From contig JAWOBF010000074.1 of NCBI GenBank assembly GCA_046498225.1, positions 1-42,098 of the forward strand: a stretch of DNA of 42,098 bases, read 5' to 3'. Position 1 is the first letter of the stretch. Every line of letters starts with the position of its first letter. The notes below the pieces were generated by a model. That model had not been told where the DNA came from and made no database searches. It saw nothing but the letters and a program-made list of their open reading frames with translations. A program made the position numbers and the translations under genes. This stretch comes from Candidatus Aegiribacteria sp. (lineage in GTDB: Bacteria > Fermentibacterota > Fermentibacteria > Fermentibacterales > JCC-6). Positions 1-8,776 of this stretch are shown here, one piece after another.

Positions 1-222
1 GAGCAGCTCCACAGGCACATCACGCCGGTGGACGTCTTCTTCTACGTGCTTGAAGGCGAAGGGACCGTTGAAGTGGGGGAAGAGAAGCTGGAAGTATCGG
101 CGGACACGGTCATAGACAGTCCGAAGGATATCCCCCACTGCTGGTACAACACCGGCGGAGACGTTCTGCGCATACTGGTGGTGAAGGTACCAAGGCCCAC
201 GGCTAAAACAAAGCTTCTGTAG
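1..222 (+). CDS. Cupin domain protein (5' truncated by window edge)
   Basis: Frame open from base 1 (EQLHRHITPVDVFFYVLEGEG...PKDIPHCWYNTG); cupin HxH...YVLEGEG and PH motifs. Confidence 0.85.
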   Translation, partial: EQLHRHITPVDVFFYVLEGEGTVEVGEEKLEVSADTVIDSPKDIPHCWYNTGGDVLRILVVKVPRPTAKTKLL

Positions 223-238
223 GGGGTCAGCCTCCTCC

Positions 239-1384
239 TCAGGGGGCCGACGTCCCCTCCACCACGAATACCCTGGGCCAGGTGACCGGGTCGGGCACCC
301 ACGCCGCCACGCCGTTCTCCGTGATGCGGACGGACATGTCGTCCAGGTCCGGGTCGTCCAGCTCCAGCGATGCGGTGAACAGCAGCTCTCCGTCCATGCT
401 GTATACGTTCCAGAATGGATACCGGTAAGTTCCCAGTCTCACCCAGAGCCTTCCATCCGAATCCACCCCCAGCTCCGAAACGGCCCGGCGGTAGGGGACC
501 GGGTCGAATGAGGCGTCGGCCCTTGATATCCTTCTGCCGGTGCGGGAGGTGAATTCCTGGAAATCCTCCCTCTCGGCGGCCAGCTCCTCCGGAGTTTTCT
601 CCACCCTCTCTATTCTCTCTTCGATGGAGAGATACTCCTCCCCGTCCTCCAGGTACCCGGTTACGCTCACGGCGTCCGTTCCGGGCCAGGCTATGAAAAC
701 CCGGCCCGTGTTGTCGGAGGTGAACACCGGCTGGTCGTCGTCCGACTGCGGGCCCATCATGGAAGGGTCGAAGGGTCTCATCTCCTCCGCGTAGACCACC
801 GACGGCTCCGAATCCATGTCCAGTTTTGCTATTGAATAGCCTCTCAGCCCCTCTTCCCTGTTGAAGGCGGGCATCATGCCCACAAACGCCGAATCCCCGG
901 CGGTGGTCATGGTGAAAGGAGGCCGCGGGAAGAAGCCTGTTATGTTTTTCCGCCATTGCAGTGAATCACTGAACACGCTGACGGCTCCCGCTCCCATGTC
1001 GGATACCAGAACGAGGTTATTTCCCAGTACGGTCAGTCCCATGGGCATCTGGAACTCGCCCGGGCCGGTTCCCTGTCTTCCGGCGGAAGCGAGGAACTCC
1101 CCCTGCTCCGAGTATTTCCTCACGCTCATGGTGGATGTGTCGAGTATCAGGACGTTTCCCTTCGAATCCCTGGCGGCTTCGACAACGTGACCGAAGACGT
1201 AGTCCGGGCTCCCGAGCTCCACCCCTATGGTGTCCGTGACGGACAGCTGCAGATGGGAGCCCGCATCGTTTTCCGATGGAACTTCAGCAACTTCGTCGCC
1301 CTCCCCGCCTCCGCAGGAAACCGCCGATTGAAGAATGAGAGCGGCCGCGGTCAGTAATAATGCGTACTTCACGGGTTCCTCCAT
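239..1384 (-). CDS. 6-bladed beta-propeller (NHL-like) lipoprotein
   Basis: Signal peptide with lipobox-like AVSC; IGVELGSPDYVFG and GRQGTGPGEFQMP repeats; DSDGRLWV. Confidence 0.75.
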   Translation of the reverse strand: MEEPVKYALLLTAAALILQSAVSCGGGEGDEVAEVPSENDAGSHLQLSVTDTIGVELGSPDYVFGHVVEAARDSKGNVLILDTSTMSVRKYSEQGEFLASAGRQGTGPGEFQMPMGLTVLGNNLVLVSDMGAGAVSVFSDSLQWRKNITGFFPRPPFTMTTAGDSAFVGMMPAFNREEGLRGYSIAKLDMDSEPSVVYAEEMRPFDPSMMGPQSDDDQPVFTSDNTGRVFIAWPGTDAVSVTGYLEDGEEYLSIEERIERVEKTPEELAAEREDFQEFTSRTGRRISRADASFDPVPYRRAVSELGVDSDGRLWVRLGTYRYPFWNVYSMDGELLFTASLELDDPDLDDMSVRITENGVAAWVPDPVTWPRVFVVEGTSAP

Positions 1385-1439
1385 GTTTTGAGTTTTCAGG
1401 TGTTACCGGTATTCTAAGTATTCAGGAGAAGAACTGCCA

Positions 1440-1470
1440 GAATGTTTACCGAATGTAACGGAATGTAACG
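1440..1470. repeat. Direct repeat GAATGTAACG x2 plus one degenerate copy in a divergent promoter region
   Basis: gaatgtttacc (1440-1450), gaatgtaacg (1451-1460), gaatgtaacg (1461-1470). Confidence 0.7.
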
Positions 1471-1552
1471 GGCCGGATTTTGCTAATTTCCGCAGTTCCT
1501 TATATTCGTCATATATCCTTTCCAACCATATAACCGTAAGGCGGGTTTTTCC

Positions 1553-3037
1553 ATGACAGATGCTGAGAAAGTCCAGAAGGATATCGCTGAGAACATTGCC
1601 AGGATATCGTCAGAGGGAGCCGGTTACGTTGACGCCAGGTATTACATGGAGGACAGCTCCGAGACCATTCTCCTTTATGACGGGGACCTGGAGGCCAACG
1701 ACACGACGGTCCAGAGCGGTATAGGCGTAAGGGTCCTGTGGGAAGGCGCCTGGGGGTTCGCCGCCACGTCCGACCCCTCCGTGCTCAGGGCCTGTTTCGA
1801 CAGGGCGGCCCAGAACGCCAGGACCGCCTCGGAACTGGTACAGGTTCCCCTCTCCATGGAAAGCCTGGACCCGGTAAAGGGTAGCTACCGCACTCCCGTG
1901 GAGATCGACCCGTTCACGGTTAGCCTTCAGGACAAGCTTGCCTTCCTGAACAGGCTGGACAAAGATCTGAAGGACGATTTCGTGGTCAGGAGGATGGTCT
2001 ACGCCAATTTCATGAAGAGACAGGTTCATTTTCAGAACAGCGAGGGTTCGGAGATACGGAAGGACCTGACGAATGTCTTCGGAATGATGATGGCCATGGC
2101 GCTGGATTCCGACGGTGAGATGCAGAGAAGAAGCATGAACCTCTACACCACCGGAGACGGGACCGCCGGCTGGGAGATGATGACAAACCCGGAACTCTTC
2201 GCAGGCCACGCGGACAGGGTGAAGTCCGAACTGTCAGAGCTCGTGAAGGCCCAGCCGCTTGAGTACGGAAGGAGATCCGTTATCCTCCTTCCCGGCCAGG
2301 CGCACCTTCAGGTCCACGAGACCATCGGCCACCCGCTGGAGCTTGACAGGATACTGGGCTACGAGCTCTCCTACGCGGGAGGAAGCTTTGTCGACCTGGA
2401 TTCCATCGGAACCCTGCGCTACGGCAGCGACAAGCTGTCGGTCAGCTCCTACGGGGGAATTGCCAACGCTCCCGGGTCCTTCGGCTTCGACGATGATGGA
2501 ACACCGGAGAGGGACTACCTTCTCATAGACAGGGGTCTGCTGGTGAACGCTCTCACTTCCAGGGCCATGGTGAACGAGGCCAACCAGCGCGCGGGAAGGG
2601 AAGTATTCGACCGGAGCGGCGGCGCCGCCCGGGCCACCGCTTTCTACCGGGCTCCCATAGACAGAATGACCAACGTCAACATTCAGCCGGGAACCGACGG
2701 GACGCTGGATGACATCGTCGCCTCCACCGAGGACGGGATCGTTGTCGACAATCCGGTATCCTGGTCCATAGGCTCCAACAGGGAGCATTTCCATTTCGGC
2801 TGCGAGATAGCCTGGGAAGTGAAGGACGGCGAAAAGACCAGGGTCCTCCGGAACCCCACCTACCAGGGTCATACGCTGGAGTTCTACCGGTCCCTGTCCG
2901 CCGTGGGGGACAGTTCCACCTGGAGGGTGGAGCAGGTGAACAACTGCGGCAAGGGTGAACCCAACCAGGTAATGCAGATCGGACACGGGGTCCCGGTCGT
3001 CAAGTTCGACGATGTGATCACCGGAGAAAGGAAGTAG
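1553..3037 (+). CDS. tldD: TldD metalloprotease subunit
   Basis: GIGVRVL..GAWGFA, HETIGH zinc motif, FDDDG, RMTN and NCGKGEP motifs. Confidence 0.9.
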   Translation: MTDAEKVQKDIAENIARISSEGAGYVDARYYMEDSSETILLYDGDLEANDTTVQSGIGVRVLWEGAWGFAATSDPSVLRACFDRAAQNARTASELVQVPLSMESLDPVKGSYRTPVEIDPFTVSLQDKLAFLNRLDKDLKDDFVVRRMVYANFMKRQVHFQNSEGSEIRKDLTNVFGMMMAMALDSDGEMQRRSMNLYTTGDGTAGWEMMTNPELFAGHADRVKSELSELVKAQPLEYGRRSVILLPGQAHLQVHETIGHPLELDRILGYELSYAGGSFVDLDSIGTLRYGSDKLSVSSYGGIANAPGSFGFDDDGTPERDYLLIDRGLLVNALTSRAMVNEANQRAGREVFDRSGGAARATAFYRAPIDRMTNVNIQPGTDGTLDDIVASTEDGIVVDNPVSWSIGSNREHFHFGCEIAWEVKDGEKTRVLRNPTYQGHTLEFYRSLSAVGDSSTWRVEQVNNCGKGEPNQVMQIGHGVPVVKFDDVITGERK

Positions 3038-3040
3038 ACG

Positions 3041-4414
3041 ATGCTGGACGCGAACATCAGAAGCATTCTGATGCAGGTAAGGGACGAAGCGGCGGAAAAG
3101 GATATCCAGGCCACCCTCAAGCTGCATCACGAGAAGAGTCACCTAATGCGGATCGGCAACAGCTCGGTGTCACTGAATACATCGGAAGATCTGCTGAGAC
3201 TGGACGTAGAGGTAATCGACGGCAGGAGAAAGGGTACCCAGACCTACCTTGGAGCCATAGGGGACGCGGATATCGTGAGGGGTGTTCTGGAGGCCGCCTG
3301 CGAGAAAGCCAGGGTAGCTTCACCCAAGACCTACGACCCCATCCCCGACAGGGTCGAGGCCACGGTGAGCGAGGAGCCGCAGTTCGACATAGATCTGGCG
3401 GAAATGGATCCCAGCCTGAAGGCCGGAGCCTACGGCGAGATAATTCGGAAACTGGGCGAGAAGTACAACTACAGCGGCTCATGGTCCAGCGGAGCCATGG
3501 AGGTATATCTCCTCACCACCGCTGACCGGAACGAAGCGTACCACAGGGGAACGGACCAGCTGTTCTCCGTGGTGCTGAAGCATCCCGAGGCTAAATGGGA
3601 ACTTATACACCAGCAGACCGGCTGGAGGATGTCGGATTTCTCCGTGGACAGTACGGTTGAAGAGATCGCCGGGCTTCTTCCGGTTTTCGAGAATACGGAA
3701 GGGTTCAAGCCGGAGCCGGGGGAGTACACCGTTATCTTCGGCGCCACTGCAGTCTCTGAGATGGTCGGCATGGCCGCCTGGACCGGCCTGAACGGCAGGA
3801 GCTGGGAAGAGAAGCAGAGCTGGACAGCCAGGATGAGCCCCGGCGAGATGATCCTGGGGGAGAACATCTCCCTTGTGGACGACCCGGGTAACCCGAAGAC
3901 CTTCATGTTCGGCTTCGACATGAGCGGCCGAAAACGGCAGATGTTTCCCCTGGTCGCCGACGGGGAGATGCTGAACCTGATGTACGATTCAGCCACCGCA
4001 GCCCGGTACGGCAGGGAGCCCACAGGCCATGACACCGGCTCTCCCAGTCTGGTGATGGACACCGGATTCGGTCCCGAAGACCCCCTGGAAGCGGTGAAGG
4101 ACATGGGAAGGGTGCTGTATATTCCGGCTCTTCACTACATGAACATACCCAGCAGGAGCAAGGGAATATTCACCGGCAGTTCGAGGTTCAACGCCGTTCT
4201 GGTGGAGGACGGCGAGATAGTCTCGCCCATCTTCTCCTCCAGGGTGACGGATTCCTTCCAGAACGTGCTGGGCAATGTCAGCGTGATCTCGTCGGCAGCC
4301 GAATCGGTGAACGGGTCGAACACCTACGGGAGAAGATCGCCGGTGGCGATGAGCGTACCCTCCTACATAGTCGCCCGGGACGTCAAGATAACCGACTCGG
4401 CGGATTCCTTCTGA
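3041..4414 (+). CDS. PmbA/TldE-like non-catalytic partner subunit
   Basis: 3 nt after tldD; PGEYTVIF, FDMSG, TGH and TGSSR..VEDGEI motifs; no HExxH. Confidence 0.8.
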   Translation: MLDANIRSILMQVRDEAAEKDIQATLKLHHEKSHLMRIGNSSVSLNTSEDLLRLDVEVIDGRRKGTQTYLGAIGDADIVRGVLEAACEKARVASPKTYDPIPDRVEATVSEEPQFDIDLAEMDPSLKAGAYGEIIRKLGEKYNYSGSWSSGAMEVYLLTTADRNEAYHRGTDQLFSVVLKHPEAKWELIHQQTGWRMSDFSVDSTVEEIAGLLPVFENTEGFKPEPGEYTVIFGATAVSEMVGMAAWTGLNGRSWEEKQSWTARMSPGEMILGENISLVDDPGNPKTFMFGFDMSGRKRQMFPLVADGEMLNLMYDSATAARYGREPTGHDTGSPSLVMDTGFGPEDPLEAVKDMGRVLYIPALHYMNIPSRSKGIFTGSSRFNAVLVEDGEIVSPIFSSRVTDSFQNVLGNVSVISSAAESVNGSNTYGRRSPVAMSVPSYIVARDVKITDSADSF

Positions 4415-4468
4415 CCGGAGGCAGCCCTTCGGTGGACCAGAATGGAGAATGATGGCCGGAATCGCTGA

Positions 4469-5602
4469 ATGGCTGAGATGAGGACGCTGACCCTGGTGGC
4501 GGGCGGCGGTCCGGCGGGCTCCTCCTGCGCCTGGAAGCTGGCTTCAGCCCACATTCCCTGTCGCGTGGTCGAGAAGCAGGATTTCCCCAGGGACAAGGTC
4601 TGCGGCGGAATACTCAGCCGCAGGGCCTGCTCCGTTCTCACCGGATCCGGCATGGTATCCGCCGAAGAGCTGGAAGATCTGACCCTTAGGAAGCATTCGA
4701 AGATATCCTTCTTCCATCGCGGGGAATTCCTCAGGACATACACTTCGGCCACCCATCCCGTCAGGGTCGTCTCCAGGAAGCGGTTCGACAGCTTCCTGCT
4801 GGACAGGGCACGATCGGCCGGGGCCGAGGTAATCACCGGCGTCAAGGTGGAATCGGTGGATTCCCGGTCAGCAGTGACCTCGACCGGAGAGAAGATGCTC
4901 TTCTCGCATCTCGTGGGAGCCGACGGGTGCACAAGCGTCGTGAGGAAACTGGTATCGGACAGAAGGAGCAGGAAGACCGGCATGGGCCTGGAGTACCTCG
5001 TGCCGCTTTCGGAAATGGACCGCCAGCCTGACGGGATAGAGATACATTTCGGCCATCTGCCCTACGGATACCTCTGGGTCATTCCGGGGAAAGACAGGGC
5101 CAGCGTCGGCGCCGGGGCCGCAGGCAGTCCCGCCTCCCCCGAGGATATCGTGGAGGCGCTGGGAAAGTTCATGGATTCCCTGTCCATTTCCAGGGAGAAT
5201 CACCAGCTGCGCGGCGCGAGCATGCCATCCCTCGTCCTTCACGGGAACCTGGGAAGGGACAATCTCTACCTGGTCGGGGACGCCGCCGGTCTGGTGGACC
5301 ATATCTCCGGGGAGGGAATAGGGTACGCTGCGGAAAGCGGCTTCATGGCCGCGGACTGCATCCTCGCGGGCGATGACAGGAAATCCATCCTGCGGCGGGA
5401 TGGAAACTGTATTCGCATGGTCAGGCAGTCCATCCTCTACCGCCACCTGCTTTTCAGCCGTCTCACACGGGGGACCGCGATGATAGGCCTCCGTGACAGC
5501 GTGGAGTTCGCCCGTGGCTACTGGAACATCATTTCGGGTGTCGAAACATACAACACGATGTTCAGCCGTATCCTTGATCTGCAAGGGGGTACTCGTGCCT
5601 GA
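4469..5602 (+). CDS. Geranylgeranyl reductase family FAD-dependent oxidoreductase
   Basis: GGGPAGS Rossmann motif, FPRDKVCGG, R..FD..L, GADG, GYLWVIP, VGDAAG....SGEGI. Confidence 0.85.
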   Translation: MAEMRTLTLVAGGGPAGSSCAWKLASAHIPCRVVEKQDFPRDKVCGGILSRRACSVLTGSGMVSAEELEDLTLRKHSKISFFHRGEFLRTYTSATHPVRVVSRKRFDSFLLDRARSAGAEVITGVKVESVDSRSAVTSTGEKMLFSHLVGADGCTSVVRKLVSDRRSRKTGMGLEYLVPLSEMDRQPDGIEIHFGHLPYGYLWVIPGKDRASVGAGAAGSPASPEDIVEALGKFMDSLSISRENHQLRGASMPSLVLHGNLGRDNLYLVGDAAGLVDHISGEGIGYAAESGFMAADCILAGDDRKSILRRDGNCIRMVRQSILYRHLLFSRLTRGTAMIGLRDSVEFARGYWNIISGVETYNTMFSRILDLQGGTRA

Positions 5603-6869
5603 TAAATTCAGCGGTCGCCTCTTCTCGGTACGAGGTCCCATTCCTGTCCTTGTCCTTATCCTGGCGGCGGCAGCGCTAACGCTCCTGCTGCTTCCCGAAG
5701 ATATACCGGAGTACCCCACCGACCTCGTTTCCTATCTTGGCGGGCTCTACGCCGCCGTTGACGGCAATGATCCCTACGATGATGATGATGCTCTCGCCTC
5801 CCTGCACGCCAGGGGGTTCGAGAACGAGAATATCTACGGGTACGTGTATTCTCCACCCTTTCTTCTTTTCCTGGAACCGGTGCGATTGATTCCCTATCGT
5901 TACTTCAGGACCCTGTGGACCGGTCTCGGTATCGTTTCAGTCTGGGCCGCGCTCTTCCTGCTCTGCCTGCGCCTGGAAGGGAAAGACCGCATACTGCTTG
6001 CCGTCCTGGGCGCCTGCTTCCTTCTGGTATCCTCGGTACTCTACGATTCCCTCTACTGGGGTCAGGTCAGCGGACTGCTGCTTCTGGCCGTTTCCGTGCT
6101 GGTGTACCGCAGTTACAGAGGGGTTGTCGCAGGTGTGGCGGCATCCGCCTGTCTTATTCTGAAAGTGGGGTTCATACCCTTCATCCTTTTTCTCAGGGGA
6201 AGAAGGACATGGGGCTCACTCGGAGCGGTTGTACTGTTACTCGCGGTTTTCAGCCTGGTTGTTTACGGAACGGGGTCTTACTCAAGCTTCGTCGAGAACA
6301 TCGGGATCATAGAGAAAACCTGGAACGTTGACCGTGCGAACAACGTGAGCATTGCCGGGGCGACGGGCATGGCTGCCGGCGAATGGTTCGCGCCCGGAAT
6401 GGACCTGGAGAGGGCGAGAACGGATCATGATTACAGGCTGGAGAAAGCGGCCCTGGCCGACCGGAGCGTACGGCTGGCCGTAACCGCTGTCTCAGCGCTC
6501 ATCGTTCTGGCCATGGTCTCCCGGTTGGGATACCTGTTCAAAAAAGGTTTCAGGCCGGACAGGGACTACCTTCTTGTGCTGGCCGCTCTGGCCCTTCTGG
6601 TACTTCTGCCCTTCGTATGGCTCCATTACGGACTGATACTCCTGGTGCCGCTGTGGTACCAGGTGCACTCAGGCAGAAGGACCGCCGCCGCCGCGATGAC
6701 AATCTCGATAATACTCTGGGGACTCCCTCTGAAGCCGGCGTACGGATTCTGGACCGAAGTCCCGGGCCTCAGGGCACTGATACTCCTCGGCTGGATAGCG
6801 TGGCTGCTCACTGCGGGAGTGCCGGACCGCGGTACCCGTTCGGCCTCCGGGCCCTACAGCTCGGTCTGA
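5595..6869 (+). CDS. GT87 (DUF2029)-like integral membrane glycosyltransferase
   Basis: DL..Y..G....DG.DPY, YVYSPPF, WGQV, LK and W.HY motifs; many TM helices. Start moved to GTG 5595 (AAGGGGG SD, overlaps upstream stop); the ORF track start is 5493. Confidence 0.75.
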   Translation: MPDKFSGRLFSVRGPIPVLVLILAAAALTLLLLPEDIPEYPTDLVSYLGGLYAAVDGNDPYDDDDALASLHARGFENENIYGYVYSPPFLLFLEPVRLIPYRYFRTLWTGLGIVSVWAALFLLCLRLEGKDRILLAVLGACFLLVSSVLYDSLYWGQVSGLLLLAVSVLVYRSYRGVVAGVAASACLILKVGFIPFILFLRGRRTWGSLGAVVLLLAVFSLVVYGTGSYSSFVENIGIIEKTWNVDRANNVSIAGATGMAAGEWFAPGMDLERARTDHDYRLEKAALADRSVRLAVTAVSALIVLAMVSRLGYLFKKGFRPDRDYLLVLAALALLVLLPFVWLHYGLILLVPLWYQVHSGRRTAAAAMTISIILWGLPLKPAYGFWTEVPGLRALILLGWIAWLLTAGVPDRGTRSASGPYSSV

Positions 6870-8776
6870 ATGTAGTCGGCAACCTGGTCCGGCATAAGCC
6901 CCGCCATCCTGTACAGGTCGTCGGGGCTTCCCGAGCCCCCGTACTCGGTGATACCCATCCTCCTGAGGTTTATTGACTTCCGGAAGCAGGCTATGGCGAT
7001 GGCCATCTTCGAGCCCAGTCCGGTGTCCAGGTCGTGGTCCTCGTATGTGACCACCAGCCTGTAGTCCGACAGCCGGTCCAGCAGCTTGGGAGTGATGCAC
7101 AGGGGGCAGCTGACTCCGTAGACCGCCGTGGACAGCCCTTTACTCTCCAGTATTTCCCTGGCCTCCAGAGCTCTGGAGACCATTCCCCCCATGGCCACTA
7201 TGGCGACTTCGGTGCCTTCCCTGATGTGGTCGTGCAGGCCGTATACGAACCGGTAGTCCTTACCGAAGAACGGTTCTCCGTTCCCGTCGGTTATGACGGG
7301 TGTCTTTGACCTTCCCATGGCTATGAAGAAGTTGCCGGGATGGGTGGCGGCGTACCTTATCACCCTGTCGGTCTGGTTCGGGTCCGCAGGCACGACGGTG
7401 TTGCAGTGGTAAAGCGTTCCCATAAGGCTGATATAGTTTATGCAGTGGTGGGTCTTGCCGTCCATTCCCACGTCCAGTCCGCAGTGGGTGGCCACCACCT
7501 TCAGGTTGGTCATGTTTATGTCGTTCAGCCTGTGCTGGTTGAAGGTCTCGTCGGCGGCGAAGACGCCGAAATCCGCCCAGAAGACCACCTTACCGGCTAT
7601 GGACGCTCCGCCGGCGACAGAGGCCGTGTTGTGCTCCATTATTCCCGACTGGAAGAAATGGTCGGTGTATTCCTCTCCGAACTCCTCGGTCCGCACCGAC
7701 CCCGCCAGGTCGCAGTCGAAAACCAGGGGCAGGTTCTCCGTGTTCATCCTGGCCAGGTCCATCAGGGCTGCGCCGAAAGCTCCGCGGTTGTCGCCCCTGT
7801 GGTCCGCGTCGTAGATGATGGGCGTTCCCTCGAGGTCCAGTATCTCGTAGGGCAGCCGAAGGTTGAAGTCACCGGAACCGCTCCAGTTCTTCTTCCTCAG
7901 ACCCGCCAGCTCCTCCAGGTCGTCATGCAGCTCCAGTTCCTCGAGGGCCTTTCCGGCGTCCTGGAAGTCCAGGGCCATTCCGTGGTAGCGGCAGTCGTTC
8001 TCCATGAATGAAACGTCCTTGCCCATCACCGTCATGGCCAGGACGAGCCTGGGGGCGCGGGAGGAGCTGTCGGGGCGAAGGGCCCTGTAGAGGGCGGACA
8101 GGTTGTGTCCGTCCACCTCGGTCACGTCCCAGCCGTCGGCCCTGTAGTTCGCCGCGATATCGGTGTACATGACCCGGTCTGTCCGGCCCGATATCTGAAG
8201 GCCGTTGCAGTCCACCACCACGGTGATATTGTTGAGGCCGAAGTTCCTGATGAACCTTCTCGCTTCGGCTATCTGCCCCTTCTGGTGCTCGCCGTCGCCG
8301 GTGACCACCCAGACTCGGTTGTGAATGCCGCGGCACCTGTCCGCCAGGGCCATGCCGGCGGCGGCGGACACGCCCTGGCCCAGGTTGCCGGTGGTAAGCT
8401 CGACACCGGGAATGGACCTCTCGATGTGGCCCTCGAACGGGCTTCCGGCCTTCCTGAAGGTGACCACGGCCCTTCGAAGGTCGAAGAAACCCAGCCTGCC
8501 CAGGGTGGCGTACACGCCGGGCGAAGTGTGCCCGTGGCTTACGACTATCCTGTCGCGGCCCTCCTTGAGAGGGGCGTGTGGGTCGACGTTCGCCTGGGAC
8601 CACAGCAGGGCGAATATCTCCAGCGAGGACATGGACCCGCCGGGATGGCCGCTTCCCGCCAGGGTTGTCATTCTTATGATATCGCCCCTGGCGTTCCTGC
8701 AGAACTCCTTCAGGGCCTTCTGATCATCGATCGAAAGATCGAAAGGTTTGAAAAGCGTCCGTTCTATTCTTCCCAA
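6854..8776 (-). CDS. tkt: Transketolase (single chain)
   Basis: GSGHPGGSMS, RDRIVVSHGH, TGNLGQG, GDGE ThDP motif, DG.THH, TYEDH; TTG start overlaps ftcD stop. Confidence 0.88.
   Translation of the reverse strand: MGRIERTLFKPFDLSIDDQKALKEFCRNARGDIIRMTTLAGSGHPGGSMSSLEIFALLWSQANVDPHAPLKEGRDRIVVSHGHTSPGVYATLGRLGFFDLRRAVVTFRKAGSPFEGHIERSIPGVELTTGNLGQGVSAAAGMALADRCRGIHNRVWVVTGDGEHQKGQIAEARRFIRNFGLNNITVVVDCNGLQISGRTDRVMYTDIAANYRADGWDVTEVDGHNLSALYRALRPDSSSRAPRLVLAMTVMGKDVSFMENDCRYHGMALDFQDAGKALEELELHDDLEELAGLRKKNWSGSGDFNLRLPYEILDLEGTPIIYDADHRGDNRGAFGAALMDLARMNTENLPLVFDCDLAGSVRTEEFGEEYTDHFFQSGIMEHNTASVAGGASIAGKVVFWADFGVFAADETFNQHRLNDINMTNLKVVATHCGLDVGMDGKTHHCINYISLMGTLYHCNTVVPADPNQTDRVIRYAATHPGNFFIAMGRSKTPVITDGNGEPFFGKDYRFVYGLHDHIREGTEVAIVAMGGMVSRALEAREILESKGLSTAVYGVSCPLCITPKLLDRLSDYRLVVTYEDHDLDTGLGSKMAIAIACFRKSINLRRMGITEYGGSGSPDDLYRMAGLMPDQVADYIQTEL

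Noticed and set aside
1553..4414. RiPP/microcin cluster around TldDE
   Set aside because: No precursor peptide, YcaO or exporter visible
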